Assembly (NCBI GenBank): GCA_900617105.1
Contig: UYFQ01000170.1
Span: 1 to 52,957, forward strand
From: Hydrurus foetidus
Taxonomy: Eukaryota
Reading direction: 5' to 3'
DNA length: 52,957 nucleotides
Shown piece after piece: positions 24,601 to 40,028 of the stretch. Position 1 is the first letter of the stretch; each line of letters starts with the position of its first letter. The notes under the pieces were generated by a model. That model saw only the letters and a program-made list of their open reading frames with translations. It ran no database searches and was not told where the DNA came from. The translations under genes and the position numbers were made by a program.

Positions 24601-27600
24601 TTGCAACGTTTCTCAGTTTGTTTGTTTCCAGTCGATGCACGGATGAGTACTGGGTGAGAAACACCTCGTCAAATGCCATCTGGTACTTACGCTGTGTGTG
24701 TGAGTGTGTGTGTGTGTAAGTGTAGGTAGGTTGGGGTGGGGGGGGAGGGGGAGGAGAGAGGTTAGGGTTAGACTTCCTCTGTAGAGGTAGGTGGCATTAG
24801 ATGGCTTGTAGTTACGCTGACATGTGGCAACATCGAGAATGTTCGATTATCACTAATACAGCTGCGGGACGATATGATGTAATGTAATGAAATGTGACTG
24901 GAGTTGAAGAAGTCTTCTCTCATTGAAGAATACGCAGTGACATGCGGCAGATAGAAGCTATCAGCGGCAGAGCCAAAACACGTTCTCACAACTGTACCTG
25001 CATCATGCAGAATCGCTGACCGAGTAAGCCGTAGTACCGCAAGTACGACCGTTCGTTGGAGCAGCACTCCACTGTAACATTTGAGATATCAGTAAAGAGG
25101 AAGAATTAGGGGCTTAACGATATCAAGAGAGAGATAGAGGGTGGGAGAGAGTGGAGGGAGGCGAGGAATGTAGGTAGATAGGCAGCCGACAAGGAGGCAC
25201 ACCAGCTGTACGTCACACGCATGCGCATGTTTGCCATGACATACAACTGGTAAAAAAGCAATTCGTGGTAGGCCACAGAGAAGCAGAGGATGAAACATTA
25301 CACACTATTACAGAGTTCTCCGACCGATCAGTTAGCATCTGGAAATATTCTAACTCACCGAGCATATTGCACAATTCCAATTCATATCCATCCGGTATCT
25401 TCAACCTAGTTATCTTGTGCGCACATTCCTCGAAGGATACGGAACTCATGATGGTTAGGTACAGAGTTCTCCTGAGATTGACGAGATCGGATTCTGTGAG
25501 GTCCAGGATCTTCCCCACACCGGCCTCCCCTCCCCCGCCCCCTCCTGCTGATTGCTGCTGCTCCTCATCTGTTAGTGGAGCGGTATAGAAGAGGAGAGAT
25601 TAGAGGAGAATGGAGTTGAATAGATGAGGAGAATAGAACAGGGGAGGAGAGGAGAATGGAACGGAGTAGTACAAAAGAGAATAGAAGAGGGGAGAATATA
25701 ATAGGAAAAAGGGAGAGGAGATGATAAAAGAGGATAGAAGAGGGCGGAAGAGGGGTGGTTGAGTTAACCTATTGGCAACATATCAAATTCATGGGGATTT
25801 TTGTGACAGAGGCTGCCATACGAAAAAATAAAGGGGTGCATGATGCAAACACATTTCTTATCACTGATGTTACCTCCTTCCTCTTCATCTTCACCGTCCT
25901 CATCATCATCATCATCGTCTCCAAGTATTTCCTTTTTGATTTGTTCCCAGAGCAATTCATTTTCATCGAAATTAGGATCGAATCGGAACACGTCTAACAT
26001 CTCCTCCTTATCCACCTAAAGGATGAAAAGTAGAAGCAGAGAAGGAAGGAAAGGGAGATTGTATGGGTGATGTTTAGAAGGATTTAGAAAATTTCAAATG
26101 GTCCGATGAACAGAGCGTACGCTCGACTATGAGTTGACGATAGGAACCAGGCGTTTCCATCATCGAAATGCAGTATATACAGACACAGACACATCCACTT
26201 ATCATATCTGCCACTTATCATATCTGCGACTACTCTACTGCACTGCCACGTACCTCTTCATCCAGACCTATTTCGAATGTGATTTGGTCTTCCCTCTCCA
26301 CCAGATCGAGCTCCTTAGGAATAGCGGGGTAGTCCTTGAACCCGCTCTTGCGAATCGCAAACAGCCCTATGGGGATTCGCATTAGTTTAATAGTGTGCAG
26401 TTAGTGGACGTATAGTGATAAGTGACATGTACGAAATTGACGCGATAGCATATAGGACAGCCCGTGAGGTGATGACGTCATAGTGTCACAACGGTATCAG
26501 CTACATAAAACGTCTTTCTCCCTCTGTCTGACGGCATTACACTACAATGCATTACACTACACTACACTGCGCAACACTACACTACACCACATTACCTTCG
26601 ATGGTGTACTGCACTCTCTTGTCTATATCTCCCTCATGGAGAATGCCTCGGAATCTCTCGAATATCGCGTGCAGCCCCTGGGGAGAGAGTTCCTCCAATA
26701 GCTGTCCCACCTCCTTGACGAAGTTCACGGCTATTTCAACGCTGTCATCCGTGGGCTCTGCATAGTTGAGAATATGTGGTGTGTAGGTGGGGTTAGTGTT
26801 GTTGTCTCATTTAATTTGATATACCATGGCGACATAAGGTCAATTTAATTTCAATGATGGTAATATGCTTCAAAATTACATAAGATACCGATTTGCAGCA
26901 TCATATGTGTCAGAGGAGAGTTATTAAGTGCACTGACCTTCGAGGAGAATAGTGAGCAACTGAAGTGATAGAATCTCATGGGCTATTTGATGATTCACTA
27001 AATGGGCGATACACTTCGACAGCGCAGTGGCTGTGATCTTGTCCCTCCTGCAGAGATAATGCGAATTGATAGGGATTAAAAAGAATGTTTTAGAGAATTT
27101 ATTGAATTACTGTCTGGACGTTTTGCATCCAGTGATGTGTGGAGACGTAAAAAGAATGATAACAATGTTAAAATGAAGTGATGTCGTGAATCAGTCTTGT
27201 CAAGAAATGGAATACACAGCTCAGTTTCTGCAGATAATATAACTGCTGAGGTATAAAAGTCGCGGATACTAAACAGTTGTGACAGACATATGTGATATGT
27301 GGCGAATTATCTTAGTTGACTTTACCTTTTGTAGGCGCGTTTGAATCCGTAGATAACTCTCTTCAATACCAGCTCGCCATTCTCTGGAAGCTTTGTGTTT
27401 ACGATAGCAAGGAGGGCCGAATAAATGTGCGTAAAACCAGGGGATGCGAGCTGTGCTTTCATGATAGCTCTCGCGAACAGTCCTCTCCCTCGCACTAAAT
27501 TCTCTTGAAATAGTTCCGGAATAATGTGCTTGATATTCGATACGTTCACTTTATTGATAAGACCGTTGATGCTCTTCCTTAATGCCTCCCAACTCAGCTT

Positions 27601-27993
27601 CTGACTCTCCTGGGAGGATTTGTCTGAAGCTGCCATGGCCTTCCTCATCATAGCTAGCTTGAAGGGAGGAACATACACACCGCCCGTACGTCCTCCTGAT
27701 GGGCCGCCAGTAACCAAATCATTGCGACCATTTTTTCGGACGGCAGCTGGTACCTCAATTTCAGGGGCTTCTGTAATTTCAGCCACCTGTTTTAATTGGG
27801 CGACAGGCATCTCCGAAGGAGATTTTACCGATTCTCTCTCCTGAGCAACATCTCCTTTCAATTTGGGGCTTTTGCGGGAGCCAGTATCAGATTTATCGCT
27901 GTCTGAGTTGCTGCTGCTAGATGAACCACTGGAGCTCTCAGAGCTGCCACTGCTACTGCTCCTACTTCTACTCCGACTTGGTGAAGATGGCAT
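21607..27993 (-). CDS. CWC22: Pre-mRNA splicing factor CWC22 (MIF4G + MA3 domains, long S- and R/D-rich tail), about 12 exons
   Basis: [70 protein letters not shown] and [17 protein letters not shown], traced across GT-AG introns. Confidence 0.96.
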
Positions 27994-29038
27994 TGCAGGA
28001 AATTTTCCTTAATGTGCCGCCGCAATTTTCTCTCAACAGCTCGGTACCACCAACAATTTGTGAAAAATATTCTCAACTATTGTAACCAATATGGGGGTTA
28101 CTTGCGTTCTTTTATACCAACAGAGCAACTGTCGAAGAAGCGATGGGATCATGGGATCGTCCGCTCCCTCTTCGCGATGCGATGAATCGGTAAATTGGAT
28201 CCTGGACCGTTTCGATTCCGCGCGTGAAACTACGACCACTTTCAGCCATTTACGTTTTACGTTGCTGAAACTTTACGTCGGTAACTTGTAGCATTTATAT
28301 GCAGAATTACTTCATCATTTGATTCCGTATGAACAAATGTGCTTCTGTTTCGATGACGGCACAAAACCTGATGTGATAGATGATTCGCGCAGTCTAAGCA
28401 CCAGAGTGGTTGTAGTAAACGAAGAAGATTATTCATTTAATCCGACAACCCTCTTTCGCTTCTCATATTATTTCTGATTTCTGATGCACGAGGGAGCCCA
28501 CTAAAGAGTAGCGGTATCGCAGCATGTGGGAGAAAGATACATAAAAACGAAGATGATGCGGGAGAGTGTTTGAAGACGCGATAAAGGCAATTCTGATTAG
28601 CATGGTAAGCGGGGACTTAGGGAGCTCGAATGACAACAGAATTTGAATCTACGATATCGCAATACTGGTAAGATATGAACGAGAAGATCAGGTAATCTGT
28701 CTTTAGTCTATACACATAAAGTGGACTGACACGACGCGGTATTCAATCATGTATAAACGGAATGACACTCCCGCATTACTTAAAATCAAAGCAATGCTAT
28801 TTGCGTGTACACGCGTTCGGTAGATCGCCTGTTCGACACCATTTGAATTTCAACCCTGTCCAGCGTCATGACATAGAAGTTGAATGACGTTGAAGTTGAG
28901 ATTGCTGGCACTATTCTACATGAAAGAATTTTCGCTAACAGCGTATCAGAGACGTACATATCACATTGAAGATCATCGACCGAATGCCCATTGATTCCTC
29001 ACACAAACATGAGTCACTCATCCAACACTGTTTCCTAT

Positions 29039-32027
<2,989 letters not shown>

Positions 32028-32487
32028 AATTCAGCAACACTTTGTATAATCACAATTTCTGGCAAGTTTCCGAACCCTCAGTGCCTCTTTCTAACAGTTT
32101 GAAAGTAATGAAGATGTTGCTGACTGTGAACCCCCTTCTTGATGAATCTGATAGAAGTTTGAAGTCGTGTGTGCATCGAAGGAAGCTTCTAAGAAGCAAG
32201 TCTGTGTAAGTACACCTGTGGCAGACCGTGCGCGTTTAAAGTTTACAGTGATGACGAAGTTGGTAGTCCAAAGTCTGAACAACATTTTAATACCCCCTTG
32301 GTCCAAATAGCAACTGATGAGCACATATTGTCACCGTTACATCACAGAATGACTCGAAGAAACTCCTCTCAACAGATTAGAAATGACTACTGCAATGTCT
32401 TACAAAGAAAAATCATACGAGAAGGGAAACTGCTATAGCCAACGTGCTGAAGGTACTACAACTCGCTTAAGAACTTTCTTAGCTGTT

Positions 32488-32760
32488 ATTTTAGCGCCCT
32501 CACAGGGCGCGTATCATATCCCACAGGCACTTGCAGCTGCCAGACGGTTTTCTTTGTTCTCTTTACAGTTATCCACCAACAAGGAAAAAAAGATTGTCGT
32601 CCACATTGCCCTCTACGGTCACAAAGAAGCCTCCACGAAGAAGACTTTGACAGCACTTGCGAACGTGTTGGAAGAAATTCAACTGGCACAGGAGCTTGTC
32701 GATAGTCCACCCTATGTGCTCAACTGTCATGAACATCTATCGCTATGCAATGTAATTGCA
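32488..32760 (+). pseudogene. Inverted partial duplicate of aminopeptidase exon 1, embedded in ORF 32383-32958
   Basis: ILAPSQGAYHIPQALAAAR...LVDSPP.VLNCHE matches 31378-31650 on the opposite strand, with substitutions. Confidence 0.85.
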
Positions 32761-34004
32761 AACTATTTTCAGGAGGAATGGCGATATCCTCCCGAGTCAT
32801 TGGTCAATTGCGCGGCAATCGAAAGCAAGCTGTGCTGCCAACGATTCCTCTTCTGCGGCAAAGATAAAGAGCTGCAACCTCTGGTTACACAGATAGCAAA
32901 TAGCATTTCTTCACGTGATTTCCAGGTACCATTGTCATTCCCAGAGAACGTGAGGTAGCAGAATCAGGGATGCTCTGGTCATAAATGTCTGTCGTACAAG
33001 AGAAGCAGAATTCCATCAAGATTTTCAGTAGTGGATGATACTCTATTTTCCAAAAGGTGGTGACGTAGTAGTCTAAGACCAACCTTCTTTGATCCCATGG
33101 TATTCTGTGGCGGATCCCAAAATGAAGTTCAGGTCTTTGTCCATGCACTGCCGAGAGTAAGTATACGCGAGTAAGATTAGCGGATTTTAAGAGTGATGGC
33201 AGAGGTCGCTTTTTTGCGATGTCTTTCGTTTCAAATAAGCTGTCACCTGAAACTCCCCCTCAATGACTCTTCCATCGCTGATAACGACACGAATTTTCTT
33301 CCCCAAATGGGTGATAAGTTTTTCAAGTGACATTTACAGATCGGATGGCCTCTCTTAACAGGCAGAGTTACTTCGGATATTCATGGTAAGTTTCTAATCA
33401 CGTGAGGAAAATGTTGAATGGTTTTTGCTGAAGCGAACTCTTCTGAAAGCTTAAAAGTGAACAATGGTCTACCTAAAAACAACATATAAATTACCAATAT
33501 TGAAGTATCCCAGAGAACAAGAAATGTACGAAAGGTAGGACAGATGTGTAGTGCAACTTGTTTAGCTATTTCTTGACCAACACCTGTCGAACCAAGACTC
33601 TACTCGAACGAAAGATAGAAATGCTCAAATCTGATTTCAGGCTGTATTTACACCACGTACGTCAGGATATTGTCATGGAGTTGCTGTTCCCGTGCGTGAC
33701 CATTAAGGTACGTGCCAGGTCATGATGGACGGTTCACAGTTCAAAAAAGAAATCGAGGTGCAGCAGTACGGGACAAGCCATCCACAACATGTCACTGCAC
33801 TACCTATTGAACCATTCACCTTCAGACTCATATTTGCTGTAGTTTATAAGCACAACTGGCCATGTCTTACTAATGCTCTGAAGCACTCGCTCTCAGCCCA
33901 ATCGGCACAAACAAGAGACACTAACTTACAAAATTCGATGATTATACATAAAAAGCACAAAAAATGAAATAAATAAGAGAATAGAAAATGGTTTCGGTAA
34001 TCTT

Positions 34005-37000
34005 CTATTCATCTCCATCAGCCAACTCCATCCACCTTTGTTCCTTCAATTCTCTTTGCATAATGAGAGAATTCATTTTTTCCGTTAGTTCTGCTAGAGC
34101 GGAGTATCCTTGTCCCGTAGATGATGCTGCTGCCAATTTATCTTCAAAATCTCCAATCTGAACACCTAATTTTTCTATTTCTTTCTCTAATTTATTGAAT
34201 TCTTTGCGCTCGTTATAATTCAATTTGTTACCCGCACCCGCATTAGCACCACTTGATGTTGATGTTGATGTTGAAGTAGTAGATGCGGGGGCTGACACGA
34301 CTTCCGCCTTGACCTCTACCTTCTTTGCAGTCTTCGAGGATGCAGCGGCATTGGAGGCTGCTAGCTCCCTCTTGGCGAGAGAAGCTTCTTCTTTCTTGAA
34401 CTGTGCGTCATCTCTGCGGTACTCCAAGTAATCCGTGTAACTCCCTACGGTAAAATAAACAGGAGAAACGGTTGAAATTGACGGTGGAAAGGGTGCGTTA
34501 TTGAATGAAAGTTTAATTGATTGAGAGAGGTGGTGATGAGGTATAGTACCTAAGTGATGGAAGAAATGACCAAGATAGACTAGCTAAAAAACAGCGGTAT
34601 AATCGACGATCACCATCAGCATCATAATCTCGATAATATTTGACTGGAGAGTAGCACTTACCCTCGAAATCCCTCACAACTCCATCCCCCTCGAAGACGA
34701 ACAAGTGCTCTGCCACTCTGTTCACGAAGAAGTTGTCGTGGCTCACCACCACTAGGCACCCATCGAACACCTCTGTTAGATACTCTTCGAGAGCTGTCAG
34801 AGTGGACAGATCCAAGTCATTACCTAATGAAAAGAGGAGTAGGCAACATGAGAGGCTTAAGTTGTCAGTGTGATTTTACGCATGGGATGGAGATGGAGAA
34901 AGAGATTGGTGAGGATGAGAATGGGTGTATTGAACGAAACTGGAAATGAGGTCTGAGCGATGATGTTGATTTTGAAATTGTATCATGTTCCATCTGTACA
35001 GTATCGCACGACTATCACTCATGAATAACTCAAACGTAACGCGCTATAGTCAGTAATATGAAATACATCAGACAATGGAAGAGAAGTGTCCTGCGTGACA
35101 ATCGTTGTAACATTCTTCAGTTCAAGTACTTAAAATGCAAGCCACAATATCCGTCTAACAATGGACCAATCAATGTCATCTCCACTTACTCGGCTCGTCA
35201 AGAAGAAGGACGTTAGGAGCCCTTGCCAAGACTTGCAGTAGCTGCAACCTCCTCCTCTCCCCTCCACTCATCTGACCCACTCGGTCATACCTGAAGAAGA
35301 GGATATTCAAACATTATATAATGACAGAGGACTTTGAATGCGTCATCAATTGCTGTACGTACGTACGCATGAGAGTACAGCATTTCGGATCTTGTAAGTG
35401 CAGCGATTGTGAAAGGAAAGAGTGCGCGATAATGCAAATTGACTTCAAATTGAAACTTGCAGCACTTGTCTTGTTCCGTTCCATCTTATCTAGTTTCATT
35501 TCTCTTTTCTAATCTTCTTCGATCTCATCTCATTGCACCTCATCTCGTCTTCCTTGATTTCATCTCATCTTATTTCATCATCTCATCTCAACTTATCTCA
35601 ACTTATCTTACCATCTCTTAGAGGGGAACTGAAATCTCGTGAGCAGCGCCATGGCATCTCTCTCACTCACAGCGTTGGACTGAGAAGTGCTCTCAACAGC
35701 CGTTACTGTAGGGCCAGATTCCTTACCTGACATTGGAATGTATGATTATTTGCATGAGTTAATAAGTGCGTGTGTATATATGTGAGTGTGTGTGTACATG
35801 CATATGTCTTTGTGTGCGTGTGTGTGTACATTTGCGTGTATAAAATAACTACATCAATCTATTTGACATCATCATAACATGAGACAAAGAGAGTTATTGT
35901 GTCCTTGATCAAATGAGAGAGAGACGGAGGGATGAGCGTGTGAATACGTGCCGTGCCGTACAGCAATGTGCGGTGCAGACTAGTTTTGGGATTGAAAGAG
36001 CCATAGAAATGGGTGCGGTGATGACGTCATCCGGTTGGCCTGCTAATCAGCCAGCCAGCCAGAGAGACAGATTCCTGAGTATTTTATGGGGTTGCACTGA
36101 CTAACCTGCAAGTGCTTTTCTGCGTCCGAGTTTCTCTGCGTCTTGCACCATCAGTTGTGGCATACCTGAACACCGCATACAAAACAATGAATTGGCATCA
36201 AACACGTATTGAAAGAACAGTCTCCCGTCATTAATCTAACAGCCTTGAAGATTACTTAATGCCTCATTGTGACGATAGTATTTGTGATCGTTGAAGGCAG
36301 AGATGTTACGTAACACCTGCTTTCAATTCTTGATTTGGAGCTGCCTTCTCGACCGCCTCTTGGACGAACTTCAACACAGGCTGTCTCTCCTGCTCTGGTG
36401 TGAGAACTAAACCGGTCTAATGCATGTAGTAAGATGCAGCATGGTGGGAATATTTGATGTTACGAATGAAAATCCAAATTAAAAATAATAGAACAGAATA
36501 ATTTGAAATATTTGAACAATATTTAAACTCCAAAAACAATAATGTGGGGCACGCTACATGCTGCATCAATGCAGTCTATATCAAATAGTAAATACCAAAA
36601 AGTTAACACGCACCTGTTCGTAGTATCCTATTCTAGCTGTCTCCCCTAACCTCACGCTGCCAGCAGCTAACTCGAGAGATCCTGTAAGTACTTTCAAGAA
36701 CGTACTCTTGCCCACACCGTTGGGACCGACAACTCCTATACGGTCTCGTTGTCTGAAACTAAATAAGTAAGTACAAAAATATGAAGATGCGCGTGAGGAG
36801 GTGGATGAACCTTGTCTGAGACTAATTAGGACAGAATGATAAAGTACAGATGAGCGTAGAATTATATCAGAGAGAATTATAAGATTTTTACGAGAATACA
36901 CATGATAAGTATTATTATTGCATTCGAATTTTCCGCTGCTGCAAGAAATTGAGAGTCAAAGTACGGCAACATATCATCGCTAAGACTGGTGCTGATCAAG

Positions 37001-37852
37001 CGTCTGAACAAACATATTAAGCATCAATGCTGTAAATGTGTAGCGAATTCTGTTTGCAGGAATCAACAAGGACGTTAGAAAAGGATAATGAGGAAATACG
37101 TTGCAATCGAACAGCTCTTACTTGTATGTGAAGTCAGTGAGCAATGTGCGCTCACCCATCATATACTTCGCGGCTGAAGGTGAAAGTGAAAGCGAACAAG
37201 GTAGAGAGAAAGAGTTAGGGGTAACAATGGAATAGCAGATGGGAGGAGACATTGCGACAGACAGGGGTTGCGAAAAAAACCAGGACAGGACAGGATAGGA
37301 TAGAAGTTAAGAAGTTACAGAGCAATGTAGCTATTGGAGCAATGCGAATAGTTACAATATCATCTACATCCTCCTATTCTCAACGAGAAAACACACGCAT
37401 AGCTCTCACTGCAAACACCTTTGAATTCTGCCACAACGCCGCCCAGTCTCTTTTGCTTTTCCTTTTCTTCAGGAGTAGATATTTGAATTTTCGCTGCATC
37501 TGCTCCCCTTCCTTTGGCCTTCTCTACCAATTCGTAAAACTGATATTGACGGGCTTTAGACTTTGCTTGACGGGCCCTAAAAAACAATGGAATTAGGTAT
37601 CACACAATTAGAGAAGGATATTGTAATGTTAGGAGTTTAGAAGTTGTTGTGCATCCTGGCAGTAAGATGCCTTATTCGTGTGTATATTCTTGTTTGTCTT
37701 GTTCTGTTGCATCTCAAGGCGCCAACATTTATCATCATGCAACGCTGCTGTAGTTCGACCAGCAGTCACTTTACTCCGCTTCACTTCACAGAATTATAAT
37801 GATTTAGCAGCACACAAGAAGTCTTAGAGATGATGCAACTAAGAAGATATGG

Positions 37853-37888
<36 letters not shown>

Positions 37889-39356
37889 TAACAAGCAGTC
37901 ACCTTGGTTGTTTCGCCATCCACAAACTCTCTCTTCTGAGCTTTGTCTTCGCTCTGTCAGCGTCAGCATCATCAGCTGCTATTCTGGCTTCCTTCATTTC
38001 CAGGTATCTTGCGTAGTTTCCAGGGTATCGGTACACAGAAGCTCTATCAAGTTCAATGACTGTTGGAATTGTGAATGTGAAGAGAAAAGAGAACTGTTGA
38101 TGTTGGGAGATAATGTTGAAAATCGCGAAAGAGAAAATGACATGTGGTGTGAAGGAAAATATCAAGCACTATCCACTCCCTATCGGGCGATTTTAGGGTT
38201 GGAAATGAATGATAAGTTCTTGTATACATACTGATAGGAGAGAGAGTTTGTGAGAGAGAGAGTGAAAGAGAGACAAAATGGAAGGGAGAGAGAATGTGAG
38301 AGAGAAATAGTGCTCACTTTCTGAGCAAACTTTCTCAAGAAAGAATCTGTCGTGGGTGACCAGCAACATCGCCATGTCTTTGTCTTTCCCTCCCGGCTTC
38401 AGGAAATCAGCAAGCCACTCAAGCGCATCGATATCTAAATGATTGGTGGGCTCATCAAGTAACAGAACATCTGGCTGCTTCAGCAATGCAGCCGAGAGAC
38501 CCACTCTCTTTTTCTCCCCTAGTAAACGATGGGAAGGAGAGTCACTTTACTTTGACTGTAACAGTGCTTCTATGCACTCATTAGATGAAGATATAATATA
38601 CATATGTATTTTAGTTGTCATTACAATTGAACACTTAGTGTTGTTGACAATGTGGTCTTCCCAGTCAAGCCAAGTGATGTTGAAACGAATCAAAGAATGA
38701 AATGATATGATTGCGGTGTAGTCACCTCCACTGAGAGTGTTCACACTTCTATACATTTTGTCATCTTTGATATTCAAGTTAGCAGCGATTGACAGTCCTC
38801 TCTCCTGGTAGTCCCACGCACTAGCTCCTTCCACTGCATCTGTTGCTGCCGAGAAAAAGTCGGCATCCATCTCAACACTGGGATCGAGAGCCTTGAAATA
38901 CATCCTAGTCGCTACTGCCTCCTTCTCATTGCCTGAGAACAACGCTTCATAGACTGTCACTTCTCCCCAATCAGGCTCCTGATCGACATAAATGACGTTT
39001 GCATTGGTTGCTGTTTCAACGACACCCGAATCCGCTGTGTCTATCTTTCCGAGACATTTCAGGAGAGTGCTTTTACCAGCTCCGTTTACTCCAATCAGAC
39101 CTACCCTCTGGCCTTTCCCTAATATCAGCTTGATGTCCTCAAATTGAGGGAAACCTGTGTATGACTTGGTCAAGCCTTCGCATCTCAGAACAGTTGCACC
39201 TGTTGAAGCAATTTGAACAGCAGCGGTCGTTGATGCAGTTACATCACTCATCATCAAACTGCTGGTTGCTGTCCGTGATGGTGCCTGACTCAAAAAAGTT
39301 GACTGTTTGAAGGACATCCCGTAAGAGCATAGAATAAGGAGTATTGGACTGCGCAT
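34005..39356 (-). CDS. ABC-F ATPase, Uup/YfmR-like, multi-exon, probably plastid-targeted
   Basis: Two ABC domains (GVNGAGKST/LSGG/LLLDEPTNHLD and GPNGVGKST/MSGGERRR/LLLDEPSNDLD), linker RQAKSKAR and C-terminal KLNYNERKEF...RWMEL. The hydrophobic N-terminus ends MS-F and is followed by a Ser/Thr-rich stretch. Confidence 0.9.
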
Positions 39357-39555
39357 TTTGCTGTCCTATATATAGAGATGAAGCTGCAAAAAATTTCAGC
39401 CTTTTACGAGAGTTCCGAAAGAAATCTACTTCCGCTAGAGCTCACAGATTCAATGCTGTCTTCGATCGTTGTGATATATTGTCATGCATGAGTTGAGAAG
39501 GATCACCAACCAAAACGTCACTCTCATCGAAAAATCGATAAAACAATAATTGGGG

Positions 39556-39922
39556 TGTTGCGAATTCCGTATTCCGCAACCGCGCCGTGAACAGCTTCAC
39601 GTACGAAGTGTCTAGTACGAGAACCACGCAAATCCCGTGAAATGAATGAGGTACAGTTTTCAATCAGTCGATAATTTAACTTGTACTGACATCCCTGTTT
39701 GCCAGCCACGAAGCTTACAGCGCCACCTATCTACGCTACTCTAGAAGGAAGAAAACAGAACATCAATGAACGAGTGGTGTAACGCGCATGAAACACTTTT
39801 CATGCCGAACTGTAACGCACCATACAACCGTATAGTACATCACACACACACACACACACAACAATGACCGAACGGTCCTACATACTACAAAGAGCAGTTC
39901 ACCACCGAACGAAACTCCAACA
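39556..39922 (-). repeat. 3' LTR (367 bp)
   Basis: Differs from the other LTR by one substitution, one A indel and two CA units. Confidence 0.95.
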
Positions 39923-40028
39923 CACCCCTAGGATGGAGGCCGTTAGAAACACAATGCGCGTAATATAACATGACATGATAATGTGGTTGTAACTAAGCTA
40001 AACAGACAAACAAACAAAATCCCTTTTC

